A DNA stretch of 64,000 nucleotides from Chloroflexota bacterium (GTDB lineage: Bacteria > Chloroflexota > Anaerolineae > UBA1429): the NCBI GenBank assembly GCA_012729455.1, contig JAAYDC010000014.1:100692-164691 (forward strand), written 5' to 3'. The position numbers and the translations under genes are program-made. Shown one piece after another: positions 27,871 through 38,183 of the stretch; position 1 is the stretch's first letter, and every line of letters begins with the position of its first letter. Below the pieces are notes generated by a model that saw nothing but the letters and a program-made list of their open reading frames with translations, ran no database searches and had not been told where the DNA came from.

Positions 27871-28584
27871 TTATCCTTCGCCTAAATAGGCTTCTTGTAC
27901 CTGAGGATTAGCCAACAGCGCCGACGCATCGCCCTGCAGTGCGACCTTGCCGGTCTCTAGCACATAGCCGCGATGTGCCACAGAAAGCGCCATGGCAGCA
28001 TTTTGCTCAACCAGCAGGATGCTGACGCCCTCGCTGTTGATCTGGCTGATGATCGAAAAGATCTCTTCCACCAGGATGGGGGCCAGCCCCATAGAGGGCT
28101 CGTCCAGCAGCAGGAGCGTCGGGCGCGACATCAGCCCGCGCCCTATAGCGAGCATCTGCTGCTCGCCGCCCGAGAGGGTGCCGCCCAGCTGATGCAGGCG
28201 CTCCTTCAAGCGCGGAAAGCTGCTGAATACGCGCTCCATACTGTCGTTGATCTCGTTGCGATCGCGGCGCGTAAAGGCGCCCATCTCGAGGTTTTCGCGC
28301 ACCGTCAGCTTGGGGAATATCTGGCGGCCTTCGGGCACCTGCGAGATGCCCAGCTTGACGATCTTATCGACCGACATGCGCGTCAGATCCACACCGCGGA
28401 AGCACACCGAACCCTGCACAGGCCGTAACAAGCCCGAGATGGTGCGCAGGCTCGTGCTCTTGCCGGCACCATTGGCACCGATCAGGGTCACGATCTCGCC
28501 CTCGCCAATTGTAAAGGTGATGCCCTGCAGGGCTTTGATGGCGCCATAGGCGACGTGCAGGTCGGAAACGTCCAGCAATGCCAT
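27871..28584 (-). CDS. livF: Branched-chain amino-acid ABC transporter ATP-binding protein LivF-like
   Basis: 237 aa. GANGAGKST. LSGGEQQMLAIGRGL. Confidence 0.85.
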   Translation of the reverse strand: MALLDVSDLHVAYGAIKALQGITFTIGEGEIVTLIGANGAGKSTSLRTISGLLRPVQGSVCFRGVDLTRMSVDKIVKLGISQVPEGRQIFPKLTVRENLEMGAFTRRDRNEINDSMERVFSSFPRLKERLHQLGGTLSGGEQQMLAIGRGLMSRPTLLLLDEPSMGLAPILVEEIFSIISQINSEGVSILLVEQNAAMALSVAHRGYVLETGKVALQGDASALLANPQVQEAYLGEG

Positions 28585-28585
28585 C

Positions 28586-29376
28586 TTATAACCCTCTCAC
28601 GCGGCGTTTGCCCAGATAAGCTTCGATAACGCGCTGGTTGGATTGGATCTCTTTGGGGGTGCCGCGCGCGATCACCTGGCCGAAATCCATCACTGTGATC
28701 CACTCGCAGATGCCCATCACCACGCGCATCTGGTGCTCGATCAACAAAATAGTGAGCTTGAACTGGCCGCGAATGAAATGGATCAGCTCCATCAGATTGT
28801 CGGTCTCGACGGGGTTCATGCCGGCAGCCGGCTCATCCAATAAGAGCAGCCGCGGTTTCGTTGCCAGAGCGCGGGCGATCTCGAGCCGGCGCTGCTCGCC
28901 ATAGGGCAGGTTGCGGGCCAACTCGTCGCGGCGGTTGGTGAGGTTGAACACCGCCAGGAATTCCTGCGCGCGGTCGCTCTGCAGCCGTTCCTGACGGCGA
29001 AATCGTCCCAGGTGCAGGATGGCATCCGCCAGGTTGTAGCCGGCATGCATATGGTAAGCCACGCGCACATTATCCAGCACAGACATATCCTGGAAGAGGC
29101 GGATGTTCTGAAAGGTGCGCGCCACACCGGTACGCGTGATCAGGTGCGGTTCCATCCCCACTAGCGAGGTGCCGTCAAAACGGATATCGCCTTCGGTGGG
29201 CACATAGATGCCCGTTATCATGTTGAATACCGTGGTCTTGCCCGCGCCGTTGGGGCCGATCAAGCCATGCAGAGCGCCTTCAGGCAGGCCGGCACTGAAA
29301 TCCGACACCGCGCGCAGACCGCCAAACAACTTGGTCAGACCGTCGATCTGCAGGAGGGACACGCTTTGGTCGCTCA
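28586..29376 (-). CDS. livG: Branched-chain amino-acid ABC transporter ATP-binding protein LivG-like
   Basis: GTG start (VSDQSVSLLQIDGLTKLFGG) after GGAGGTG and overlapping the livM stop (GTGA). GPNGAGKTT. LPYGEQRRLEIARAL. Confidence 0.85.
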
Positions 29377-30696
29377 CGGTATCACCTCCGGGGGCTGCGG
29401 GTTGCCGCCAGTCACTGCGACCTCGCGCAGCAGCACATGGGGCGGCTGCAGCCAACCCCATTCGTGGGTGCCCAACAGGCCTTTTTGGCGCAACAGGATG
29501 ATCGCCAGGAGCAGAATCGGGTAGATCACAAACCGCCAGTCTTCAAAGCCCTGCGGCAGCACCACGCGCAAGCCTTCGATGATCAGCGAAAACAAGCCCG
29601 AAGCCACCAGAGTGCCCGTCATGCTGCCCAGGCCTCCAAAGACGATGATGATCAACGGGTCAAAGCCGCGCACGAAATCAAAGGTGGATGGGTGCAAAAA
29701 GCCGATCAGATGGGCGTACAAGCCACCTGCCATGCCGGCATAAAAGCCGCCGATGGCAAAGGCTATTACCTTGGCATTGGGCACGTTGATGCCCATCTGG
29801 CGTGCGGCAACCTCGTCTTCGCGCACCGAGATGATCGCGCGGCCATGGCTGGAATAGACCAGGTTACGCATCACGACCACTAGCACAAAGAGGATGCCAA
29901 ACACCCACGGCCAGCTGGTCCACATCGGGATCTCGACCATCCCGCGCGCGCCCTTCATCGTGGCGATCACCATATCCGAGTTCTGCAGGATGGTATAGAT
30001 CACGATCGCAAACCCGAGTGTGGCGATACCAAAATAATCCGAGTGCAGCCTCAGAAGCGGTTTGCCGACCAGGTAAGCCACCAGTGCCGCAAATGCAGCC
30101 GAGGTCACCAGCGCCAGGAAAAACAATACGCTTTGCGCGGCTGCTGCCGGTAGGGCCGGGATCAGCGCAGTCAGCAGCGCACTAATGCCGAGCTGCAACA
30201 CCCAAGTCAGCGCCGCACCGACTGCCACCAGCACCAGAGTGATCAGCACAACCACCACAGCCACCAGGATGGTGCGCTCCATGCGCCTGAGCTCTGCTAG
30301 GGCTTTGTTGAGCCGGCTAAACAGCTGCCTCAGGTGCAGGCGGTTGGCAGCCCACAGGATCACCACCACGCCGATCATACCGGCTTGCAGCCAGCTCAGT
30401 GTGCTGAACTGGGCACCGCTCCAATAGGTAGTGAACTCTTTGGTGATGAGCGCCGAGCTGTAGGCACCGATGGCATAAAAGCCGATCTGCCCCAGCGAAA
30501 ACTGGCCATTAAAACCATACACCAGGTTGAGCCCCAGCGCCGAAATAGCCGCAATGCAAGCAAGCTGGAGCACATTATAGACATACGAGGTCATGATGCC
30601 GCGCGCATACAGCATAGTGACGATCACAAACACCGCCACCGCAACAACCAGAGTGGTAAGCCAAGTGGGAAGGCATCGTGCTTGAGGCATACTCAT
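29374..30696 (-). CDS. livM: Branched-chain amino-acid ABC permease LivM-like
   Basis: 440 aa polytopic. LivM-family. Confidence 0.8.
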   Translation of the reverse strand: MSMPQARCLPTWLTTLVVAVAVFVIVTMLYARGIMTSYVYNVLQLACIAAISALGLNLVYGFNGQFSLGQIGFYAIGAYSSALITKEFTTYWSGAQFSTLSWLQAGMIGVVVILWAANRLHLRQLFSRLNKALAELRRMERTILVAVVVVLITLVLVAVGAALTWVLQLGISALLTALIPALPAAAAQSVLFFLALVTSAAFAALVAYLVGKPLLRLHSDYFGIATLGFAIVIYTILQNSDMVIATMKGARGMVEIPMWTSWPWVFGILFVLVVVMRNLVYSSHGRAIISVREDEVAARQMGINVPNAKVIAFAIGGFYAGMAGGLYAHLIGFLHPSTFDFVRGFDPLIIIVFGGLGSMTGTLVASGLFSLIIEGLRVVLPQGFEDWRFVIYPILLLAIILLRQKGLLGTHEWGWLQPPHVLLREVAVTGGNPQPPEVIP

Positions 30697-31698
30697 CTAG
30701 ACCTTTTCTACCTGGGGTTCACCGAGGATGCCGGTGGGTTTGACCAAAAACACAATGATCAGCACCAAAAAGGCCACCAGGTCGCGGATGCGCGAACCAA
30801 AGGGCACAAAGCTGACGGTGAGCACTTCGATCTCACCCATCAGGAGCGATCCCAGCACCGCGCCGGCAATGTTGCCGATTCCGCCAAGCACCGCGGCAAT
30901 AAAGGCCTTTAGGCCAGGCATAATCCCCATAAAAGTCCAGATCTGCGGAAAGGCAATCGCATACAGCACCCCGGCTGCGCCAGCCAGGGCAGCGCCAATG
31001 CCAAAGGTGAGAGTGATGATGCGGTCGATGTCGATGCCCATCAGACGCGCCGCGGTGGCATCCTGCGAGGTGGCACGCATTGCTTTGCCCACCTTGGTTC
31101 TGTTGATGATGTAGAGCAAGAGTGCCAGCAGCGCCAGCGTTACGGCCACGATAATCACAGTAATATTACTGATCGAGAGTCCCAGGACATTCCAAACTAC
31201 GACATCAAAGGGACGTTTATAGGTTAAAAAATCTGCGCCAAAAACAAATCGCAGGGCGGTAAAGTATTCCAAAAAGAAGGATACACCGATCGCCGAGATC
31301 AGCGCGGTGATGCGCGGGGCGTTGCGCAGCGGCTTGTAGGCCATGCGCTCAATGGCGATGTTTAACACGATGCAAACCACCATCGCCAGGATGATGGCCG
31401 GCACAATCCCCCAGCCATAACTGGTGATGGCATAGTAGCTGCTGAACGCGCCCACCATAAAGACGTCACAATGGGCAAAGTTGATCAACCTGACGATGCC
31501 ATACACCATGGTATAGCCGAGTGCGATCAGGGCATAGACGAACCCGAGGCGCAAGCCATCTAAAAGAGCCTGAAAGAAATAGGTGGCACCTTTGAACTGG
31601 ATGAGGCGATAGACACCATAGACGATCACCAGGGACAGGGCTGCATAAACCATCCAGGCGATGATTCGCAGAGGGGTCCTGAGCCAGGTGAGACGCAT
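30697..31698 (-). CDS. livH: Branched-chain amino-acid ABC permease LivH-like
   Basis: 333 aa polytopic. LivH-family. Confidence 0.85.
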   Translation of the reverse strand: MRLTWLRTPLRIIAWMVYAALSLVIVYGVYRLIQFKGATYFFQALLDGLRLGFVYALIALGYTMVYGIVRLINFAHCDVFMVGAFSSYYAITSYGWGIVPAIILAMVVCIVLNIAIERMAYKPLRNAPRITALISAIGVSFFLEYFTALRFVFGADFLTYKRPFDVVVWNVLGLSISNITVIIVAVTLALLALLLYIINRTKVGKAMRATSQDATAARLMGIDIDRIITLTFGIGAALAGAAGVLYAIAFPQIWTFMGIMPGLKAFIAAVLGGIGNIAGAVLGSLLMGEIEVLTVSFVPFGSRIRDLVAFLVLIIVFLVKPTGILGEPQVEKV

Positions 31699-31766
31699 CG
31701 AGCCTCCAGTAGGCGATATTCAGCAAGAGAGAGGGGAATACTCCCCTCTCTCTATTAACCAAACGA

Positions 31767-32948
31767 TCAAGGCGCGACGAACTTGAAAAACTCGGTCTGG
31801 CCGCCAGAGATTTTGATGATCGCGGCCTTTTTGATCGGGTTGTGCTGCTCGTCAAAGCTGATGTCACCCGTCACACCCGAGTATTGGATGGCAGCCATCT
31901 TCTGAGCCACCAGGGTGGTGTCATCCGTACCAGCCTCTTGAATGGCCTGGATCAGGATTTTAGCTGCGTCGTAACCGAGGGTCGCGAACGAATCGGGCAT
32001 GGAGTTGTACTTGGTCTGATAGTTCTTGACAAAGTTCTGCACCACGTCGCGCGGGTCCTGCGGCGAGTAGTGGTTGGAAAAGTAGCCGCCCTCCATCAGG
32101 TCCAGTTCGAGATCGGACGAATCCCAGCCATCACCGCCGATCATGGTCGCTGTGATGCCCTTTTCCTTGATCTGCTGGGCGATCAGGTTGACCTTGTTAT
32201 AGTAATCCGGCAGAAAGATCACGTCGACATTGGCATCCGCCACTTTGGAGAGGATCGCCGAAAAGTCGGTGTCGTTCTTGGTATAGGCCTCGAACACCGC
32301 CACTTCACCGCCGCCCTGTTCAAACGACTCTTTGGCGTATTCGGCCAGGCCCTTTACATAGTCATTGCTCACATCGTAGAGGATGGCAGCCTTCGTTGCG
32401 CCCAGCTCTTTGGCCAGGGCAGCCATCACCACGCCCTGGAACGGGTCCAGGAAGCAGGCGCGGAAGACATATTGCTTGACGGTGCCATCTTCGTTCACCG
32501 TGACGGCAGGGTTGGTCGAGGGCGGGGTGATCTGCACGACCTTGTTCTGCTCAGCCAGCACCGAAACGGGCAGCGATTCGCTGGAGCAAACCGCCCCAAT
32601 GATATAGTGCACCTTGTCCTGCGTGATCAGCTTGGTGGCGGCGTTGGTGCCTTCCTGTGCGTCGCACTTGCCATCTTCAACCAAGATGTCGATGTTAAAC
32701 CCTTCGGCCTTGGCCTCTTCGACAGCCATCATCACGCCGTTCATGGTAGAGATGCCAAAGGTCTTGGCATCACCCGAAAGCGGCACAATCAGACCAACTT
32801 TGTAGACCGTGCCGTCACCAGCCGGGGCTTCACCCCCGGGAGCTTTGGTGGCGTCACCAGCGGTCGGGGCAACTGCTGGCCCACAGGCGCTCAACAGCAT
32901 TGCCACTACCATCAGAATACTCAAAACCATAAATCGCTTCTTGCTCAT
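31767..32948 (-). CDS. Branched-chain amino-acid ABC substrate-binding lipoprotein (LivJ/LivK-like)
   Basis: Start at MSKKRFMVLSILMVVAMLLSACGP (lipobox LSAC) after GGAGGAG. Type I periplasmic binding fold. Confidence 0.8.
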   Translation of the reverse strand: MSKKRFMVLSILMVVAMLLSACGPAVAPTAGDATKAPGGEAPAGDGTVYKVGLIVPLSGDAKTFGISTMNGVMMAVEEAKAEGFNIDILVEDGKCDAQEGTNAATKLITQDKVHYIIGAVCSSESLPVSVLAEQNKVVQITPPSTNPAVTVNEDGTVKQYVFRACFLDPFQGVVMAALAKELGATKAAILYDVSNDYVKGLAEYAKESFEQGGGEVAVFEAYTKNDTDFSAILSKVADANVDVIFLPDYYNKVNLIAQQIKEKGITATMIGGDGWDSSDLELDLMEGGYFSNHYSPQDPRDVVQNFVKNYQTKYNSMPDSFATLGYDAAKILIQAIQEAGTDDTTLVAQKMAAIQYSGVTGDISFDEQHNPIKKAAIIKISGGQTEFFKFVAP

Positions 32949-32997
32949 CCTGTTCTCCTCCGTAAGAAACGTTCTGGATACCATCAGCGGATGCGGG

Positions 32998-33828
32998 CTA
33001 TTCGCCCTGGATCCACTTGGCATAGATTGCGTCATAGGTGCCGTCGGCCTTGATCTTGGCCAGTCCGTCGTTAAAAAGCTTCAAGAACTCGGCGTTATCG
33101 CCCTTGCGTACAAGCACGCCATAGTATTCCTCGGTAAAGGCCTCGCCCACAATCTTGAACTTGCCTTTAAAGGTCGCCGAGGTGAGTACGTACTGGGCTG
33201 CAACGGGGGTATCCACCACCACCGCGTCGATAGCGCCCATCAGCAGGTCCTGGAAGGCGAGATCGATGGTATCATATTCCTTGAGCACGACCCCTTCCAT
33301 CTTGTCGATTGCCAGGGCACCTGTAGTGCCGATCTGCGCGCCAGCCGTCTTGCCGGGCAGATCCTTTTCACTGGTGATGGCGGTATCTTCGACCCTTACG
33401 ACTACAACCTGGCCGGCATTGATGTAAGGCTCGGTAAAGTCGTACTTGGCCTGGCGCTCATCGGTGATCGAAACCGACGAGATGATGGCATCATAGTCGC
33501 CAGATTCGAGGCCGGCAAAAATGCCGTCCCAGGCGGTGTTTTTGATCTCAACCTCAAAGCCAGACGCCTTGGCAATGGCGTTGATAAGGTCGATATCAAA
33601 ACCGACGATCTGCTTGTTCTCATCGACCATTTCCATGGGCGGAAAGGTCGCGTCGCTGGCAATCACAAACTTTAGCACAGCAGCGGTAGTCGGCTCAGCC
33701 GCAGTGTCGTCGGAAGCCGCGGCAGAAGCCTCACCCTGCGGGGTTTGTGGCGCGGCCACAGGGGTACAGCCCACTAGGAGGGCAAAAACGAGCATCACAG
33801 CAAACAATGCAGCCAGTCTGGTCTTCAT
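32998..33828 (-). CDS. Polar amino-acid ABC substrate-binding lipoprotein (periplasmic binding protein family 3)
   Basis: 276 aa. Lipobox LLVGCT. GFDIDL...ISSVSITDER motifs of Gln/His/Arg-binding proteins. Confidence 0.8.
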   Translation of the reverse strand: MKTRLAALFAVMLVFALLVGCTPVAAPQTPQGEASAAASDDTAAEPTTAAVLKFVIASDATFPPMEMVDENKQIVGFDIDLINAIAKASGFEVEIKNTAWDGIFAGLESGDYDAIISSVSITDERQAKYDFTEPYINAGQVVVVRVEDTAITSEKDLPGKTAGAQIGTTGALAIDKMEGVVLKEYDTIDLAFQDLLMGAIDAVVVDTPVAAQYVLTSATFKGKFKIVGEAFTEEYYGVLVRKGDNAEFLKLFNDGLAKIKADGTYDAIYAKWIQGE

Positions 33829-34068
33829 CGCGATCTCCTTGCATCACACATTAGCAGCGACAAGCTGCCGACATACCTTTCATACCTATGATCTCACGGA
33901 GGGCCAGCCAGACCCTGCAACTCCGACGGTGGAGTGCAGCTTCATTGCCTACTATGAATAATCGTTGGCTAGATTCCTCCATGGCTGCGCATCAGCCGAC
34001 GAAAAATGTGCCGGTTATTATAACACATCTCGGTGAATACAAAAACGCGCCAATTTAACAGAAAAAGC

Positions 34069-35280
34069 TCAGCTCTGGTCGGCTGGCAGCTCGTTGTTCT
34101 GAATCAGCGCACGCGTGCCAGCCTCGTTGATGATGCGCACGCCATGTGCGCCGTTGTTTTCGCTGACGATGCCATGCACCAATCCAGGCTTTAAGTGGAT
34201 GCTCGGTTCGGGCGTGGCAAACGAGCAGCTGCGCATCTGCAGGCGGCCGCCATCCACTTCCACTAGAGCACGAGTCTGGGCAGGGTTTTTGCCGCTCGAG
34301 AAAAAGCAATCTGAGAGCGAGAGATACCCACTCCCGCGCGAAACTACGCACTGGTTGGCAGGCCCCCAAAAAGCACAGTTCACCAAGCGCGCTGAGCCCT
34401 CACAGGTCGAATTAATCACCACCTCGATCGGGTCATCACCGGTAAAGGCCACAAACTGGCCGTTTGTGATCAGGAGCCCCATATACTGGATCTCATCCAC
34501 CACCACACAGCGCTGCGCGGCGTCCGCGCCCACTCCGCTCAGCTGGGCGTTGGTGGAACCATGTTCGGTGCCGATAAAATGGTAGCCGATCGCCGTCGGG
34601 AAGACAAAGGTATTGGTAATGTATTCCCAGTCGCTGCGCCCCAGCACAAAAGCCTCGCAATGGCGCCACATATACTCGAACACGGCGTCCCAGTTGCCGC
34701 CCACCTCGGGTGATGACCACCAATGGCAGTGAAACTGGATGTTATCCAGCCGGCCGATATCGCTGCAGGAATCCAGCCAGACGCCGCGGCGCAGCACGCA
34801 GCCATACACCGAACGGATGCGATGGCGCACGTTGGACTGCGGGCCGATTTGGATGCCGTTGTACGAGTTGATCAGCGTGACGTTCTCGACAGTGTTGTCG
34901 CCGCCCACCAGATGAAAGGTATAGCTGTAGGGGCGAATATCGTGGACTTGCTGCTCTGGGTAAAACACTGTCAAGGCGCTCACTGAGCAGGCGTCACCCA
35001 GCTCGAAGAGGGCGGGCGCTGATTCGTCGTCGCGGCCGTGGTACGCCAGGATGACAGTGCCGATCAGCGGCTTGATGTACTGCGGGGCAGGTGAGGCGCC
35101 CTGCAGATGCACTCCAACGGGGATGCGCAACGACCTGGTGATGCGATATTGGCCTGGCGGCAAGGCCACAATCCCGCCCAGCGCCGAGGCGGCGTCGAGC
35201 GCGCCCTGTAATGCCAAAGAGTCGTCGGTGACGCCGTCACCGCGAACGCCGAATTGGCGGGCATCGAGCGGATGCTGCAT
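34069..35280 (-). CDS. Pectate-lyase-superfamily right-handed beta-helix protein (Pectate_lyase_3 / GH28- or GH55-like)
   Basis: Start at MQHPLDARQFGVRGDGVTDDSLALQGAL after an AGGAGA RBS. The N-terminal GDGxTDD motif and repetitive beta-helix pattern are typical of this family. Confidence 0.65.
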   Translation of the reverse strand: MQHPLDARQFGVRGDGVTDDSLALQGALDAASALGGIVALPPGQYRITRSLRIPVGVHLQGASPAPQYIKPLIGTVILAYHGRDDESAPALFELGDACSVSALTVFYPEQQVHDIRPYSYTFHLVGGDNTVENVTLINSYNGIQIGPQSNVRHRIRSVYGCVLRRGVWLDSCSDIGRLDNIQFHCHWWSSPEVGGNWDAVFEYMWRHCEAFVLGRSDWEYITNTFVFPTAIGYHFIGTEHGSTNAQLSGVGADAAQRCVVVDEIQYMGLLITNGQFVAFTGDDPIEVVINSTCEGSARLVNCAFWGPANQCVVSRGSGYLSLSDCFFSSGKNPAQTRALVEVDGGRLQMRSCSFATPEPSIHLKPGLVHGIVSENNGAHGVRIINEAGTRALIQNNELPADQS

Positions 35281-35423
35281 GGTATTTCTCCTGAATGTTT
35301 GGTCGCCACTTATGCTAGCGGTGAGGAATGATCCTGTCAACGCTAATCAACTGCTCCAAGTGGATATCATTTGACAACCTGTCCTCTCTCGTATATTATC
35401 ATTGTTCGTTCACTAGCGAGACC

Positions 35424-36021
35424 GGCATCCCGGATGCCCACCCAAACCACAGAGGTCACCATCAGTAAGAGAGAACATCGCCTGAACGACGAAATCCGAG
35501 TGCGCGAGGTCCGCCTGATCGACGAGACCGGCAAGCAGTTGGGGATCTACCCGACCCGCGAGGCCCTGCGCATGGCCGAAGAGCGCAGCTTGGATTTGGT
35601 GGAGGTAGCTCCAGCAGCCAACCCACCCGTTTGCCGCCTGCTCGATTACAGCAAGTTCCTGTACGAGAAGGCCCGCCGCGAACGCGACGCCCGCAAAGCG
35701 CAAAAGCAAACCGAGGTTAAAGAGATTCGTCTCAAACCCAAGATTGCTGAGCACGATGTGCAGGTCAAAGTCAGGCAAGCGCGCAAGTTTCTGGCCGAAG
35801 GTGACAAGGTGCGTTTACGCGTGCGCTTCCGTGGGCGGGAGATCACCCATCAGGAGATCGCTCGTGAGCTGCTCGACCGCATCGTTGTGCAGATAACCGA
35901 CATCGCCACGGTCGAGTCGATGCCCGAGATGGAAGGGACGACGATGCTGATGGTGCTGGCACCGATTGCCAAGCCTACAGCGATTCCCAGTTCTGCGGAG
36001 GTAGAAAGTGCCCAAAATTAA
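35424..36021 (+). CDS. infC: Translation initiation factor IF-3
   Basis: RLNDEIRVREVRLIDETGKQLGI...PPVCRLLDYSKFLYEK...VRFRGREITHQEIA matches IF-3 across the N and C domains. Start codon ambiguous: ATG 35424 has no Shine-Dalgarno, and an in-frame ATC at 35461 follows AGAGG. Confidence 0.8.
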
Positions 36022-36214
36022 AACCCACAAGGCCACCGCTAAGCGCTTCAAGCTAACCGGTAAGGGTAAAGTGCTCCGCACCAAAGGTGAAAAACGCCAC
36101 CTGCGGCGCAACAAGAGCAAGCGCGCCAAGCGCGCATCTTACCGCGGTATTGAAGTGGTTACGCCAGGTGAAATCAAACGCGTCAAACGTTTGGCGCCCT
36201 ATCTGGGCAAGTAA
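36008..36214 (+). CDS. rpmI: 50S ribosomal protein L35
   Basis: MPKIKTHKATAKRFKLTGKGKVLR... 68 aa. Confidence 0.9.
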   Translation: MPKIKTHKATAKRFKLTGKGKVLRTKGEKRHLRRNKSKRAKRASYRGIEVVTPGEIKRVKRLAPYLGK

Positions 36215-36265
36215 AGATAAGGCTGACCTGTCGGAAACCACTACAAGCTTGAGAGGTAAGAACCC

Positions 36266-36622
36266 GTGGCAAGAGTAAAACACAGTGTGCCATCTCGCGC
36301 ACGTCATAAAAAAGTACTAAAGATCACCAAGGGCCAGCGCGGTACCAAGAGCACGCTCTTTCGGCGTGCCAACGAAGCCATGCTGGCTTCGCTCCGCTAT
36401 GCGACGTACGATCGCCGCGACCGCAAACGGGAGATGCGCAAGCTCTGGATCATCCGCATTAATGCTGGCGCCCATGAAAACGGCATCTCTTACAGCCGGC
36501 TGATCAACGGCCTGCGTACTGCGGGCGTCGAAGTCAACCGCAAGCAGCTCGCCGAGATGGCTGTCACCGATCCGGCCGCCTTTACCGCACTGGTTGAGGT
36601 TGCCAAGTCGGCGGTGGCGTAA
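36266..36622 (+). CDS. rplT: 50S ribosomal protein L20
   Basis: [23 protein letters not shown]... 118 aa. Confidence 0.9.
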   Translation: MARVKHSVPSRARHKKVLKITKGQRGTKSTLFRRANEAMLASLRYATYDRRDRKREMRKLWIIRINAGAHENGISYSRLINGLRTAGVEVNRKQLAEMAVTDPAAFTALVEVAKSAVA

Positions 36623-36656
36623 CCCCTCGGTTCACGCTCCAACCGTACCACATAAC

Positions 36657-36688
36657 GGGGCCAGGCTTTTAGCCTGCCCCCTTTTTCG
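36657..36688 (+). terminator. Rho-independent terminator after rplT
   Basis: ggggccaggc tttt agcctgcccc followed by cttttt. Confidence 0.6.
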
Positions 36689-36703
36689 TGCAGTGATATA
36701 GAC

Positions 36704-37498
36704 ATGGATAAACCATCTCGCCCGACCAACCTGAACGATCTCGCCTTGCGCATACGCTCGCTGAAGGGCCAGGCGCGCCGCAGTAGTGGCCGCTACCTTG
36801 CAGAGGGCTTGCGGCTGGTTGAGACGGCCATGCAGTCCGGTGCAGAGATCGAGGAGCTGATCCTTTCCCAGGGTTTTGAGCGTGCCCACCCCGGCAAAGC
36901 ACAAGCCTGGCGTAAACACTATATCGTAAGCGTGGTGCCGGATAAGTTGTTTACCAAACTGGCAGATACCGTTACGCCGCAGGGCGTGATGTCCGTACTG
37001 CCGCAGCCGGCACCCGACCGCGAACGTTTCACGAACGCCCGCACACTGGTGATCCTCGATAACCTGCGTGACCCTGGCAACCTCGGCACAATCCTGCGCA
37101 GCGCCCAGGCCACCGCGGTGGATGGTGTGGTGCTCTCGTCGGGATGCGTGGATGCCTACTCCCCCAAGGTGGTGCGTTCGGCCATGGGCGCTCATTTCTA
37201 CGTGCCGCTCTGGCAGGATGCCAGCTGGGAGCAGATTAAGGAGCTGTGCCAACTTGTGCCCGCGACGCTAGCTGATATGCACTCCGGCGAGCTCTACTGG
37301 CAGGCCGACTGGAGTGCTCCGACGGCGTTAATCATCAGCAACGAGGCCTTTGGCGCCAGCCCTGAGGCGGCTGCTCTGGCCAGCCGCACGGTGCACCTGC
37401 CGATGCTCGGCAATACCGAGTCGCTCAACGCCGCCATGGCAGCGACTGTACTGTTGTATGAGATCCTGCGCCAGCGCTCCCAGGCGACCGCCCAATGA
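36704..37498 (+). CDS. TrmH/SpoU-family RNA 2'-O-methyltransferase (RlmB-like)
   Basis: 264 aa. SPOUT motifs LVILDNLRDPGNLGTILRSA and LGNTESLNAAMA. Confidence 0.8.
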   Translation: MDKPSRPTNLNDLALRIRSLKGQARRSSGRYLAEGLRLVETAMQSGAEIEELILSQGFERAHPGKAQAWRKHYIVSVVPDKLFTKLADTVTPQGVMSVLPQPAPDRERFTNARTLVILDNLRDPGNLGTILRSAQATAVDGVVLSSGCVDAYSPKVVRSAMGAHFYVPLWQDASWEQIKELCQLVPATLADMHSGELYWQADWSAPTALIISNEAFGASPEAAALASRTVHLPMLGNTESLNAAMAATVLLYEILRQRSQATAQ

Positions 37499-38160
37499 CA
37501 TTACCGCCACTGGTCCTGGCTTCCGCCTCACCGCGCCGCCGTGAGCTGCTGGCGTACCTGGGCGCTCCTTTTACAGTGCACAGCGCCGAGGTAGAGGAAT
37601 CCGCCGCGAATGCTAAAGAGCCTGGGCGTTTGGCCGTGCGCCTGGCAGAGAACAAGGCCGCCGCCATCGATGCCCCTGGGGCGATGGTATTGGCCGCCGA
37701 TACCATCGTGGTGCTGGATGACGAGATACTCGGCAAACCGACCGATGGCGCCGATGCGGAGTGCATGCTGGTGCGCCTGGGAGGCCGCAGCCATCTGGTG
37801 ATGACCGGACTCGTGCTGGATGATCGTTCGAGCAATCGCCAGGTGCGCACGCTGGCCAGCACCCTGGTGAAAATGCGCGCCTACACGCTTCAAGAGATTG
37901 CCGCCTATGTGGCGACGGGCGACCCGCTCGATAAAGCCGGCGCCTATGCCATCCAGGATTCCAGTTTTCACCCGGCAGAGAGCCTGCAGGGCTGTTATAC
38001 CAACGTGGTGGGGCTGCCGTTGTGCCACCTGTATCGCCTGTCGGCTGCGCTGGGCTATGAGCTGCCAGTACATCCTACAGCCGGCTGCCCGTGGATGCGC
38101 GCTCATGGCTGTGTCTGGGTCGAAGAGATCCTGCAGTACGACCCTATGCTTGATTTTTAA
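37495..38160 (+). CDS. maf: Maf-like nucleoside triphosphate pyrophosphatase
   Basis: LVLASASPRRRELL start. Maf family over the full length. ATGA overlap with the upstream gene. Confidence 0.85.
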   Translation: MTLPPLVLASASPRRRELLAYLGAPFTVHSAEVEESAANAKEPGRLAVRLAENKAAAIDAPGAMVLAADTIVVLDDEILGKPTDGADAECMLVRLGGRSHLVMTGLVLDDRSSNRQVRTLASTLVKMRAYTLQEIAAYVATGDPLDKAGAYAIQDSSFHPAESLQGCYTNVVGLPLCHLYRLSAALGYELPVHPTAGCPWMRAHGCVWVEEILQYDPMLDF

Positions 38161-38183
38161 CGCTGTAACCTGACGAAAGAACC

